NCBI GenBank assembly: GCA_003056085.1
Contig: LSNK01000002.1
Coordinates: 42,485-106,484 of the forward strand
Source: Parcubacteria group bacterium M6-OD1-1
GTDB taxonomy: Bacteria; Patescibacteriota; Minisyncoccia; GWC2-36-17; M10-OD1-4
Direction of reading: 5' to 3'
Length of the DNA: 64,000 bases
The translations under genes were made by a program, and so were the position numbers. The notes under the pieces were generated by a model. The model had not been told where the DNA came from, did no database searches, and saw only the letters and a list, made by a program, of their open reading frames with translations. Positions 10,164-20,335 of this stretch are shown in pieces. Position 1 is the stretch's first letter. Each line of letters begins with the position of its first letter.

Positions 10164-10400
10164 TTATTTCTTTCTTTTTACAGTTTTTTTCTTAGCAACT
10201 CTTTTTTTAGGAGCTGCTTTTCTTTTTATAGTTTTTTTCTTAGCAGCTGCTTTTCTTTTTGGAGCAGCCTTCCTCTTTACTACTTTCTTTTTAGCAACTC
10301 TTTTTTTAGGAGCTGCTTTTTTCTTTACTACTTTTTTCTTAGCAACTGCTTTTCTTTTTGGAGCTGCTTTTTTTCTTGTTGTTTTTTTCTTTACTGGCAT
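10164..10400 (-). CDS. Histone H1-like Lys/Ala-rich DNA-binding protein
   Basis: 78 aa of KKAAP/KKRVA/KKVV repeats; terminator hairpin at ~10118-10149. Confidence 0.8.
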   Translation of the reverse strand: MPVKKKTTRKKAAPKRKAVAKKKVVKKKAAPKKRVAKKKVVKRKAAPKRKAAAKKKTIKRKAAPKKRVAKKKTVKRKK

Positions 10401-10670
10401 TTTTTTATCAAATTTATTTCGTAATAATCTCTTTTATTTTTTGCCTTAAGGCCAGTTCACTAAAAGTGAAAAAATTATACGTTATAAATCTAAAACATTA
10501 TTTTAAAAACATACGACCTTTGAAAAAATTATTAAACTAAAAACTTATAAAAAACTTTTTCCTAACTTAATTATACTATAAATTAAAAATAAAAATAACT
10601 GTGGACAACTAAAAATTATTAATTTGTAATATTTTTTACCAAAATTAAAATTTAACTTCAATATTTTACC

Positions 10671-10706
10671 CGTAGCATATGGTGACGGTCGTCACCATAT
10701 GCTACG
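10671..10706. repeat. Perfect palindrome, family C (17-bp arms)
   Basis: CGTAGCATATGGTGACG-GT-CGTCACCATATGCTACG. Confidence 0.9.
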
Positions 10707-10763
10707 TTAAATTAAATTTTAATTAAAACAATGAAATAATTTTTCAATTAAAATTTTAACTCC

Positions 10764-10815
10764 TAAAAAAATAACAACATTTCTGACAGTCGTCAGAAAT
10801 GTTGTTATTTTTTTA
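10764..10815. repeat. Perfect palindrome, family C (24-bp arms)
   Basis: TAAAAAAATAACAACATTTCTGAC-AGTC-GTCAGAAATGTTGTTATTTTTTTA. Confidence 0.9.
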
Positions 10816-10857
10816 TTTTATTTAATTTAAAGTAAAATAACTTGCTTAAAATAAATT

Positions 10858-11817
10858 CTAAAAACCAAGAAATCTTAATTCTTCCTCCAACTCCACACCA
10901 AACTTTTCTTTGACTATTTTTTTAATTTCAAAAATTAGTTTATGAATATCTTTTGCTTTTGCATTATTTTTATTTACAATAAAGTTTGCATGCCTTTCTG
11001 AAACTTTAGCCCCGCCAATTTCAAAGCCTTTAAGACCTGCTCTGTCTATTAAAAAGCCAGCAGGCACGACTCCCCTCCTGACAAAAATAGAAAACTCGGG
11101 AATTTCTTTCCAAATATCCAAAGGAACATCTTTTCTTTCTGAAAGATCAATATTTTTAAAAACACACCCTTCTGATTTTTCAGAAAGAGGTTGATGACTC
11201 CTTCTAAAAAGCATATTTTCCGCCATTTTATCCATAATAACAACCGGATCATCTTTTTTAAATTTAAGTTTTGCTCCCATTATTAAAAGTCCGTTTTTCT
11301 TAAACGAACTTCCTCTATACAAAAAACCGCAATCTTTTAATGCCACGTTTTTAAAAGTTAGAGTTATTGGATCCAAAACTTCTACAAAATCAACATTATC
11401 TGCTATTTGACCTCCGCAGGATCCGGCGTTTCCAAATATAGCTCCGCCTAAAGTTCCTGGAAGTCCGGCCGCCCATTCAAGTCCTGACAATCCATTTTTC
11501 TTTGCGCTATTTACCAAAGCTCCCATTGGAACTCCGGAGCCGGCAAAAACAGATTCCTCCTGACAATCAAAATCGATATTTTGAATTTTATTTTTTATTA
11601 TTAAACCGTTAAAACCTTTATCAGATGCCAAAATATTCGTTCCTCCGCCCAAAATATAATACTGCATGTTATTTTGGTTTGCAAAAAAAACAGCGTCTTT
11701 TAATTCTTCCTTTTTTTCAGCTTCAATAAAAATATTAGCATTTCCTCCAACGCCAAAAGCGCTATGTTCTGATAAAGGTATATTTTTATATATTTTTTTG
11801 AATTTATCCAATTTCAT
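10858..11817 (-). CDS. murB: UDP-N-acetylmuramate dehydrogenase
   Basis: LGGGTNIL, GLPGTLGGA, S.GCVFKN, HANFIVN and LEEE motifs. Confidence 0.96.
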   Translation of the reverse strand: MKLDKFKKIYKNIPLSEHSAFGVGGNANIFIEAEKKEELKDAVFFANQNNMQYYILGGGTNILASDKGFNGLIIKNKIQNIDFDCQEESVFAGSGVPMGALVNSAKKNGLSGLEWAAGLPGTLGGAIFGNAGSCGGQIADNVDFVEVLDPITLTFKNVALKDCGFLYRGSSFKKNGLLIMGAKLKFKKDDPVVIMDKMAENMLFRRSHQPLSEKSEGCVFKNIDLSERKDVPLDIWKEIPEFSIFVRRGVVPAGFLIDRAGLKGFEIGGAKVSERHANFIVNKNNAKAKDIHKLIFEIKKIVKEKFGVELEEELRFLGF

Positions 11818-11841
11818 AATTATTTATTTGCATTTTACAAT

Positions 11842-13545
11842 TTAAAGAAATATATCAAAACCTTCCTTATATAATTTTAATTCATTTCTTGAGATTTTAA
11901 AAACCGAATCAAAGGTTCTTCCGCCTTTTAAAAACTTTTCTGCAGTCATATTAAGCCAATGCTTCGTGCCGTCCGGGTTTATTTGATAAACTTTAAAATC
12001 TCCTTCCGCCAAAACAAGAGAACTCTCTTTATAAAAATCAAATTCTTCTCTGCTTAAAACAACGATAGACGACGCATCATAAAAATTTAATATTTTCTCA
12101 TTTTTTATATGTCTTAAATACCCACCCTTTACAACATAAACCTTAAAGTCCCAAGCCGGTCTCACAAGCGACCCGTCCGGCAGTAATTTACGCTGAATTT
12201 TTTGAGTAACTATATTAGTTTCTGAATTTTTACTTTTTGTTGTAATTTTAATAATGAAATTTCTTTTTGGTTCATCATCGGAAAAATCACTTAACTTTGT
12301 TTTTGAAGTTGGAATTAAAATAATATCTTTAATTTTACTTCCAAGACCCAAAAGCGCAAGAGACCCTTTATTGTTTTTTATATCCATATCACCGATTGAA
12401 ATATTTCCATTTTTTTCATTTAAAATATAAGTCATATCAAAAACTCCTTCATTTTTTCCTTCAAATTCAATATTTAAAAATTCTGTATTACCAAAATACT
12501 TTATCCATGACTGTTGCCAGTCTTTTAGGAGATAACTAAAACCTTTAGTGTCTCCATCAGACACCTGATAAGAAACTGCCGGCTCTATTTGAAAACTAAT
12601 ATTGGGATTTAAATATTTTGAATCCTTCAAAAAAATATTTTTTTGACTTAAATAATTTGTAATTTGCCATTTTTTGAAAACATCAGAAAAAGAAACAGTG
12701 TACCCGAGTTTTTTTAGAGCATCATTTATGCTTGCTATCCCAACACTGTCACTTTGAATCATTTCTTTAAATATATTATCTCCGTAATTATCGGCTAAAT
12801 ACTGCGAAAATACACTAACAACAGCATAATCTGCTGAATCGTTTTGCCATTCGGTTAAAGAATCCCACGGACTTTTTGAGAAATTCTTTACTCTAGATTC
12901 CAAAAAACTATTTTTATAAGGAGAATTATACCCTAAAAACTCCAAAGCATATTCACTTCTTAATTCATTTAACCAAATATCCTCTGCTATATTTTTTTGT
13001 ACTTCTTTATTATTAATACTTATGAGATGTTGAAATTCATGAGCAAAAAAACTATACACGTAATCTTTATTTATAAAATCAGAATTTAAATAAATAATCT
13101 CTTTTTCATTTGTCGCGTCCCTATTGACTTGAGTTTTCAAAAAAGCATCCGCAGTATTTACATAACCTCCATTGCCTTTTTTCAAATCAAAAAATAAAAT
13201 ATACACCTTCTCATCTCCGTCTATACCGGGACTTCTTATATTGCCGAATTTCTCTGTTAATATCGGATAAATTTTTTCATTATACTCTTTTGAAATCTTT
13301 TTTAAAGAATTTAAAACTTCGGAAGTTTCGTTTGAATTTAAAGAATTAAAATACTCATCATCAACAAAAAAATGAGCGCGCGGACCCTCAAACCTAAGCG
13401 TCGCTTTAAGCTCCGTTTTTCCATTTTCTGAAAATTCAGAATCAACAAAAAAACTCTGCACCTGACCTAAAGACGCGGCATTTGCCAAATTAAATTGAGC
13501 AAAAACAGCTAAAAATACAAATATTGGTAAAAGTTTGAAATTCAT
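11842..13545 (-). CDS. Secreted zinc metallopeptidase (M30-like) with C-terminal repeat domain
   Basis: Signal peptide from MNFK (13545); AHEFQHLI...WLNE zincin motif; C-terminal LPDGSLVR...KVY repeats. Confidence 0.75.
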   Translation of the reverse strand: MNFKLLPIFVFLAVFAQFNLANAASLGQVQSFFVDSEFSENGKTELKATLRFEGPRAHFFVDDEYFNSLNSNETSEVLNSLKKISKEYNEKIYPILTEKFGNIRSPGIDGDEKVYILFFDLKKGNGGYVNTADAFLKTQVNRDATNEKEIIYLNSDFINKDYVYSFFAHEFQHLISINNKEVQKNIAEDIWLNELRSEYALEFLGYNSPYKNSFLESRVKNFSKSPWDSLTEWQNDSADYAVVSVFSQYLADNYGDNIFKEMIQSDSVGIASINDALKKLGYTVSFSDVFKKWQITNYLSQKNIFLKDSKYLNPNISFQIEPAVSYQVSDGDTKGFSYLLKDWQQSWIKYFGNTEFLNIEFEGKNEGVFDMTYILNEKNGNISIGDMDIKNNKGSLALLGLGSKIKDIILIPTSKTKLSDFSDDEPKRNFIIKITTKSKNSETNIVTQKIQRKLLPDGSLVRPAWDFKVYVVKGGYLRHIKNEKILNFYDASSIVVLSREEFDFYKESSLVLAEGDFKVYQINPDGTKHWLNMTAEKFLKGGRTFDSVFKISRNELKLYKEGFDIFL

Positions 13546-13712
13546 ATTTTTATTATACCATAAGAAAAAAGAAAAATTTGCCAAAAACAAAAAGCCAGCC
13601 GGAGGCAACTCTAAATTCCAAATGTAATAAAAGAGTTCAATCCAGCTGACTTACATACAAGTTTAACAAAAAAATAAAAAATATTTAAATAAAGATATCC
13701 ACAACCTAAATT

Positions 13713-15011
13713 TTAATATCTCAGCAATTTATGAGCCTCTTGCCATATGTCCCCCGCACCCATAAAAATCACGACAGAATCTTCATTTAAATATTTTTTG
13801 CAATGCTTTATTATATCTTCTTTGTTTTTTACATAAATTGATTTTTTGCCTATTCTGTCTGATATTTCTTTTATACTTACATTTTTATCTATAGATTCTC
13901 TTGCCGAAGAATAGACATCCATCAAAACAACTTCATCTGCCAAATCTAAAGCATTAGAAAAATTATCAGAAAACTTTTTTGTTCTTGAATAAGTATGCGG
14001 TTGAAAAACCGCTATTATTTTTTTACTAAAAAACATATTTCTTACTCCGAGTAAAGTTGCCTTTATTTCAGACGGGTGATGAGCGTAGTCATCCACTATT
14101 GTTGTTTTTTTATTTTTACCTAAAATCTCAAATCTTCTTGCTGTTCCTTTAAATTCTTCTATGTATTTTTTTGCATCATCTTTTGAAACATCCAATTCCA
14201 AAGCAGAAAGATAAGCGGCGTTTGCATTATACAAGTTGTGCTCCCCGGGAATCTTTATCTTAAGATCAACCAATTTATCTTTCCCGTAAAAAATAACCTT
14301 ACACTTTAAATTTTTTGTTATTTTTATAATTTCCTCGTAGTCTCTGTTAGCCACCAAAAAACCATTTTCTGAAATACTTTCTGCAAATTCTAAAAATACA
14401 TCTTCATACTCTTCTTTTGTTTTGTAACAATCAGGATGATCATAATCTATACTTGTTATAACAGCCGCCTTTGGCTTGTATCTTAAAAATGCTTTTTTAT
14501 ATTCATCCGCCTCAAGAACAAATATAGCATCGTTTTTTTTAATATCATTTATTTTGGCGCCGCTTCCCCATTCATTAACCTTAGAACCGACTATTGCATT
14601 CACATTTTTCCCCGCCCTATCCAAAATATAAGCCAGCATCGCCGTTGTTGTAGTTTTTCCGTGGCTTCCTGAAACCGCAACCCCAAATTTATTATTAAAA
14701 AACCAAGAAATAACTTCCGGGTATGTAAAAACAGGAATGCCTAAATCCTCCGCTTTTTTAATGTCAGTGTTGTTTTCCTTGTTGTAAGCCACCGACCTCA
14801 CAACAGCATCAACCGCAGAGAAATCATTCTCCGAAAAACCAAAAACAGAAATTCCAGCTTTTTTTAAAGCCGAATCTGTCATAAACTCTTCCGGCACATC
14901 AGAGCCTGAAACCTCACACCCGCTATCTTTTAAAAATTCTGCAAGCGCAGCAACCCCCACTCCCTTTATTCCTACAATATAGATTTTTTTGTATTTTTTA
15001 GAATCAAACAT
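13713..15011 (-). CDS. murC: UDP-N-acetylmuramate--L-alanine ligase
   Basis: GIKGVG, GSHGKTTTT, EADEY, DDYAHHP and FQPHTYSR motifs; probable start 15011. Confidence 0.96.
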   Translation of the reverse strand: MFDSKKYKKIYIVGIKGVGVAALAEFLKDSGCEVSGSDVPEEFMTDSALKKAGISVFGFSENDFSAVDAVVRSVAYNKENNTDIKKAEDLGIPVFTYPEVISWFFNNKFGVAVSGSHGKTTTTAMLAYILDRAGKNVNAIVGSKVNEWGSGAKINDIKKNDAIFVLEADEYKKAFLRYKPKAAVITSIDYDHPDCYKTKEEYEDVFLEFAESISENGFLVANRDYEEIIKITKNLKCKVIFYGKDKLVDLKIKIPGEHNLYNANAAYLSALELDVSKDDAKKYIEEFKGTARRFEILGKNKKTTIVDDYAHHPSEIKATLLGVRNMFFSKKIIAVFQPHTYSRTKKFSDNFSNALDLADEVVLMDVYSSARESIDKNVSIKEISDRIGKKSIYVKNKEDIIKHCKKYLNEDSVVIFMGAGDIWQEAHKLLRY

Positions 15012-15012
15012 T

Positions 15013-16509
15013 TTATTTAAATTTTCTCCTAAGAAAAAAACCTCCCACAAAACCAATTATTATAAAAAATGAAAGAAAAAGTAAATTATCAAAAGCAAAA
15101 GAACTTACATTTGCGCTTAAATTTACACTACTTCTTTTATCCGGCAGCGACTCCTCCTCACCTAAAACCATAGCATAAGCGGGCTCTGCCAAAAAACTTT
15201 TCTGTCCGCCTACTTTTACAAAAGATGCCCAATTTTTTGATATTAAATTTTTGGAGACTCCTTTATTTAAATTCACCTTTGCAGGCTCAAGGCCAACATT
15301 GCTATCGTCAAAATAAGTAGTCACATTTTTGAACCCCGGCGTTTTATTTTTTGTTAAGACAAATTCTTTCTCATTTTTTCTTGAAGCGGAAAATTTATCA
15401 TCTGAAAAATCGTACTCCACCTTATCAATCGCCTGTCCGTTGGGATACAAAAAAGCCAATTCTCCTTTTTGTCTTATTATATCGCTTCCTAAAATATCTT
15501 CAGAAAAAACTAAATATGAAAATGAAGCTAAAAAAGTCCCATCCGGGATTATAAATGTATTTTCTCCATTGGTGAATTTCCAACCGGAAACATCAATAAA
15601 ATTTTCTGAATCATTATAAACTTCCAGCCAACCATTTTTGTTATTCTCCCCAGAAAAAAATTCCGAAATATACACTCCAACAGGATAAATAGTTACCTCT
15701 ATCTGACTTTGGCTCCTATAAGCTCCTTGTTGGACAAAAAGCGTAACTAAATATTTCCCCGGGAAATTATAACCATACAAAAAACTTTCTCCTTTTTTTA
15801 CATTCCCATTCCCCATATTCCAAGAAAAATCTAAATTATTTCCTTCTGACTTTGAACCGTCAAAAAATATATTCTGCCCCACTTGCGCCACAATATTTTC
15901 TCCGGCATCCGCTCTCACAAAAACAGAGCTTCCAGCCCCTGTTGCAACACTTTTTACATCAATAACTTCAAAATTATCTGTTTTTTGTATTTCTTCTTGT
16001 TGTAAATTTTCCTTAAGTACTGTATTTTTATTTTCAGCTCTTGGAGTTGAGGTTGCGCTAATCCACCCGCCCGAAACTCTCTGTGCCGTTTGTTTTGTCT
16101 CATTGTCCCCAAAAGCGGCTTCCCAGCTATTTGACCCGTCTACTCTATCAACTTCAACTCCGATTGAGTTTTTTAAAATCAATATTTCTCCCGAATTTGA
16201 AAGAGCGCCGGAATATATCTTGTCTGCCGCAACATTTGGCACTGTCTTGTCGTCCACTCTTTCAAGTAAAAAATATCCGTTTCCTTCTATGTTCCCCTCA
16301 AGCTCTATTTTTGGACTGCCGTCTTGCGCCTCCAAAACCCAACCGGAAACATCAACACTACTTGAGCTTGTATTTTTTAACTCTATCCATTCGTCATTTG
16401 CAGACACCTCTGTCCCCATCCATGCAATCTCGTTGATAAAAACTTGAGCGTTCACGCCAAATGGAATAATAAATATTGTAAAAAGTAAGATACTGTAAAT
16501 TATCTTCAT
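15013..16509 (-). CDS. Surface protein: lamin-tail domain + PKD + lamin-tail domain, with C-terminal TM anchor
   Basis: Signal peptide; INEIAWMG...DEWIEL; ADAG...FDGS...WNMGNG...PGKY. Confidence 0.8.
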   Translation of the reverse strand: MKIIYSILLFTIFIIPFGVNAQVFINEIAWMGTEVSANDEWIELKNTSSSSVDVSGWVLEAQDGSPKIELEGNIEGNGYFLLERVDDKTVPNVAADKIYSGALSNSGEILILKNSIGVEVDRVDGSNSWEAAFGDNETKQTAQRVSGGWISATSTPRAENKNTVLKENLQQEEIQKTDNFEVIDVKSVATGAGSSVFVRADAGENIVAQVGQNIFFDGSKSEGNNLDFSWNMGNGNVKKGESFLYGYNFPGKYLVTLFVQQGAYRSQSQIEVTIYPVGVYISEFFSGENNKNGWLEVYNDSENFIDVSGWKFTNGENTFIIPDGTFLASFSYLVFSEDILGSDIIRQKGELAFLYPNGQAIDKVEYDFSDDKFSASRKNEKEFVLTKNKTPGFKNVTTYFDDSNVGLEPAKVNLNKGVSKNLISKNWASFVKVGGQKSFLAEPAYAMVLGEEESLPDKRSSVNLSANVSSFAFDNLLFLSFFIIIGFVGGFFLRRKFK

Positions 16510-16522
16510 AAAATTAAAAATT

Positions 16523-17098
16523 CTATTTTGAAAGTTTTTTCAAAATAGTCGGTATTTTTTTAAAATCTTCTTCTAATGTTTCTCTTAACCCTCCATTGTA
16601 AAGTGCGGCGGCAGGATGATAAAGCGGGAGAATATTAAAGGTTTTTTTTGTTTTTTTATTTACAATCTTCTTAGGCTTTCCATGAACATCAGAAATTTTA
16701 AAAGTATTAGGCAAAAAACGATACATAGAATGCCTGCCTAAAGTTGCCACCAAAAGAGGATTTATAAGCTCCAATTGTTTCCATAAATATAAATCTGAAC
16801 ATATATCAGCTTCATCATCCTGTGGATCTCTGTTGTTTGGCGGACGGCATTTTACGATATTTGTTATAAAAACATCTTCTCTTTTTAAACCTATAGACTC
16901 TATCATAGAGGTTAAAAATTTACCGGCGGCGCCGATAAATGGTTTGCCTTCCAAGTCTTCCGCTTTCCCGGGAGCTTCACCGATAAAAACAATTTTAGCC
17001 TTAAAATCTCCATCTCCAAAAACAGCATTGGTTCTTTCTTTGTAAAGCCTGCACTTTTGGCATTTTTTTATCTGTTTTTCCAAATCTTTTAAGTTCAT
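16523..17098 (-). CDS. udg: Uracil-DNA glycosylase family 4
   Basis: CQKC, GEAPG, KCRPPNNRDP and YHPAA motifs. Confidence 0.95.
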   Translation of the reverse strand: MNLKDLEKQIKKCQKCRLYKERTNAVFGDGDFKAKIVFIGEAPGKAEDLEGKPFIGAAGKFLTSMIESIGLKREDVFITNIVKCRPPNNRDPQDDEADICSDLYLWKQLELINPLLVATLGRHSMYRFLPNTFKISDVHGKPKKIVNKKTKKTFNILPLYHPAAALYNGGLRETLEEDFKKIPTILKKLSK

Positions 17099-17175
17099 GC
17101 TTTAAAGAATAACAAAAAAAAGCAATCATAGCAAAACTCATACTTAAGCACTCAATACTTAAATAAAATACAATT

Positions 17176-17202
17176 AAAAAAGCGGGTTCAATAGAACCCG
17201 CT
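17176..17202 (-). terminator. Intrinsic terminator
   Basis: AGCGGGTTC-AATA-GAACCCGCT with a U tract on the minus strand. Confidence 0.7.
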
Positions 17203-17460
17203 ATGAAGAATCTTTCTCGGCGTAGGAATAAATGGCGATAATCCATTATGCTCTAAGCATGGTTTTAATATGCTTCACTGGCCTTATTGACTCAGTGTGA
17301 TCAAGGGTGTCTATCCCCATCAACAGATTATCATTTATTTACATTCTTCGTGCCTACCCATTCACCTGATGTCGGAGTAGAATGGTCTCCGTTATTACTA
17401 TTATCGTAACATAAGAACCCTCCTTTTTGCATCCTGGCATTAACTAATCACTTAAGTAAA

Positions 17461-17489
17461 ATGTTAGCATATTTATCAAAATTTGTCAA
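17461..17489 (-). promoter_or_regulatory. Sigma70-type promoter
   Basis: Minus strand TTGACA-17 bp-TAACAT with extended TG. Confidence 0.6.
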
Positions 17490-17547
17490 TAGTTTTGACG
17501 AAAAATACAATCATCACAAAAAAAATCGCTCAAGTTGAGCGATTTCA

Positions 17548-17823
17548 CTAATAGCACATTTTATCTGTTGGAAGCAATTTATGCATAGAAAAAATTGTTT
17601 CAATTACACCAAGAAGGTAATATGCTTTTTTTATATCCCCATTTTCATATGACTCTTCTGCAAGAAATATTAAGAAGTGAGCATGCATAAGCGCAAATCC
17701 TCCATTGCAGAGAAAATTTATATCGCTTTTTGGCATTTCTTGAGAAACTATGCATGAGCTCTTAAAATAATCTTTGTATCTGTCTAATCGTGCTTCAAAA
17801 TCTTTATGGTCTGCAGTATTCAT
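17548..17823 (-). CDS. Small hypothetical protein
   Basis: AGGAG RBS; hairpin immediately after the stop. Confidence 0.6.
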   Translation of the reverse strand: MNTADHKDFEARLDRYKDYFKSSCIVSQEMPKSDINFLCNGGFALMHAHFLIFLAEESYENGDIKKAYYLLGVIETIFSMHKLLPTDKMCY

Positions 17824-17959
17824 AATATTTCTCCTTTTGCATTTTTGTAACGCGGATACTCTACTAACTCATAGTTAAATTTTTTCTTGTATTTGTCAAG
17901 CGTTTAAATAAATTTCAAAAAAAAGCGGCCGGGAAGCAAAGTCCCGGCCGCAACACTTT

Positions 17960-19780
17960 CTAACTGCGTAATTCTCCAAGCTGTTGAAGCTTAACGAGCT
18001 TCGCATAAAGTCCATTGTGAGCCACTAATCGCTTGTGGTCTCCCTCCTCAATTATACTACCTCTATCCACTACACATATTTTATCCGCCATTTCAATAGT
18101 AGACAATCTATGCGCAATAGCCACAATTGATATGGACATTTCTTGTCTTAACTTCCCTATCATTTCTTGAATCGCCTTTTCCGCCTCGCTATCCAAGCTT
18201 GAAGTTGCCTCATCCAAAATAAGCACTTTTGCGCCATTTAAAAGAGCGAGGTATGCACGGGCAATGCCGACGCGTTGTCGTTCTCCTCCTGAAAGCCTGA
18301 CTCCTCTTTCGCCAACCTGCGTATTTAGACCATCGGGAAATCTACCTGTTTTTTTAAGCACAGAAACAAGATGAGCTGCATTAACTGCTTTAAGTATCTG
18401 ATCTTCTGATGCATCTGGACAAGCATAAGCGATATTTTCTCGCAAACTTAAATCAAAAATATCTACATCTTGCTGAACAGTTGCAAAAAGTCCGCGATAC
18501 CAGTTGCGATCAAGAGTACGGATATCTCTTCCGTCCAATGTTATACTTCCATCAGAAACATCATATACTCTGGCAAGCAAACGAACAACCGTAGATTTTC
18601 CTTCTCCACTTTTTCCGATAATTGCTGTCATCTGTCCTTGTGAAATACCCATATCAAAACTCTCAAGAATAAGTCTGCTTTTTTTGCTATAATAAAAACT
18701 GACATTATTAAATATAAACTCGCCACGATATTCACTCAAAATACCTGTTTTCGCATCGAGATTATTGTTTTGTACATCAATATTTGCACTCAATAAATCT
18801 TTCATGCGATATACCTCTACGATATCTTGCATCATTTTAGAGTATATTCTCACAATATTCTGCAAAGACCCCATAGATATGCCACCCGTTGCTATAAGAT
18901 ACACAAGAGTTCCAATATTAACCTCACTAAGAGAAACAAACCAAATGCCGGTCAGAAGTGCCGTTGAAAAAGCACCGCGCAAAACAAACCCAACAAAAAA
19001 CATCTCTTTTTGCATAGACAAGTGAATGCCAAGGTCAATTTTTTCCATACTGCCTCTTACTTCCTCCATGCGCCTTTTTTCCGTTTCTTCTTGTATAAAC
19101 CCCTGGACTGTAGCTACATTGATTATAGACTGACACAAAAATCCATTAGACGTTTCATTTTTACTTGACCATTCATTCCAGCTTGGAACACGCTTATCAT
19201 ATATACGCTTCACCAAGACAGCCATAGGAATAAATGGAGCAAAAAATATCAATGCCAGCACAGGACTTAGTGTCAGCATAATTACAAAATTTATCAGAAG
19301 ATAAAATACATTCGGCAAAATACCATCTAAAATGTTGCCTAAAAGCTCAATCATCTTGTCGCAGCCTTTGTTTATTTTTGTTACTTTTTTACCTGTATTT
19401 TCTTTCTCATGATACCCTTGGTGTAAAGCAAGCATTTTTTGCTGCACAACAACAGGCCACCAATTTTCAAGCCGTATAATACTTTTGAAAAAAATCGGAT
19501 TCTTAAAAAAATGATTCAAAATAAGTGCAAAAACAGGAGCAAGCGTCGCCATGACAAGTAAGAGTATGAATTGTTTATCATACCCATGCTTAATTACATT
19601 TGGCAATGCATTAACCACAAGATTAAGTGTATAAGGAATCATAAGAAAGACCACCTCAACACACAATATAACGAACACAAGCTTAATAATTCTTCCTTTC
19701 TCATCTCCAAGTAAATCCCATAAAATAGACAAACCTTTGATAAAAAATGAGCTGCTCCTATCTTCTTTTTTATTCTCCAT
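17960..19780 (-). CDS. ABC exporter, fused TMD-NBD (MsbA-like)
   Basis: GKSGEGKS, LSGGERQR, ILDEATSSLD and AHRLST motifs; N-terminal TM helices. Confidence 0.93.
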   Translation of the reverse strand: MENKKEDRSSSFFIKGLSILWDLLGDEKGRIIKLVFVILCVEVVFLMIPYTLNLVVNALPNVIKHGYDKQFILLLVMATLAPVFALILNHFFKNPIFFKSIIRLENWWPVVVQQKMLALHQGYHEKENTGKKVTKINKGCDKMIELLGNILDGILPNVFYLLINFVIMLTLSPVLALIFFAPFIPMAVLVKRIYDKRVPSWNEWSSKNETSNGFLCQSIINVATVQGFIQEETEKRRMEEVRGSMEKIDLGIHLSMQKEMFFVGFVLRGAFSTALLTGIWFVSLSEVNIGTLVYLIATGGISMGSLQNIVRIYSKMMQDIVEVYRMKDLLSANIDVQNNNLDAKTGILSEYRGEFIFNNVSFYYSKKSRLILESFDMGISQGQMTAIIGKSGEGKSTVVRLLARVYDVSDGSITLDGRDIRTLDRNWYRGLFATVQQDVDIFDLSLRENIAYACPDASEDQILKAVNAAHLVSVLKKTGRFPDGLNTQVGERGVRLSGGERQRVGIARAYLALLNGAKVLILDEATSSLDSEAEKAIQEMIGKLRQEMSISIVAIAHRLSTIEMADKICVVDRGSIIEEGDHKRLVAHNGLYAKLVKLQQLGELRS

Positions 19781-19923
19781 TTTATTCTACCTCTCAGTGG
19801 TTTTATGCAAAATTACGCAATATATATTTACCCGAGACAATTTCAGGTAAAATTTAAAAAGAACAACGCCTCGAAGAGCGAGACGTTGTTTAAATCTTTT
19901 ATTTATACTATGCAAAATTAGTT

Positions 19924-20181
19924 TTATCTATAAAATTTATTTTTAAAAATAAATAACTGTAAAAAATTTAAAATACTTCCCGCCCTGAAATTTTGAGCTG
20001 TCATATATGAAATTGTTGATGATAACATCATTCTTGGCATAAAAATGCGTACTAAAACAGAAGACGCAAAAAATACACCAAGACTAAAAGCACTAGAAAG
20101 CGCTCTCATCCAATTCATATTCATTTTTACATTATTTATTTCCATTATTTTAAATTTATATTCATTCAATACAATCTTCAT
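19924..20181 (-). CDS. Small hypothetical membrane protein
   Basis: One hydrophobic segment; start uncertain. Confidence 0.35.
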   Translation of the reverse strand: MKIVLNEYKFKIMEINNVKMNMNWMRALSSAFSLGVFFASSVLVRIFMPRMMLSSTISYMTAQNFRAGSILNFLQLFIFKNKFYR

Positions 20182-20335
20182 TGCGTTAAATACTAATATA
20201 TCTTATATAACACAAAGAAAAAAATATGTCAAATTAAAACATACTAAAATTCCCTAATAATAACTTAGTCAAATATTTAATTTACTTTTGATCAAACTTT
20301 TGATATAAATACATCAAAGGCATTAACCTAAAATT

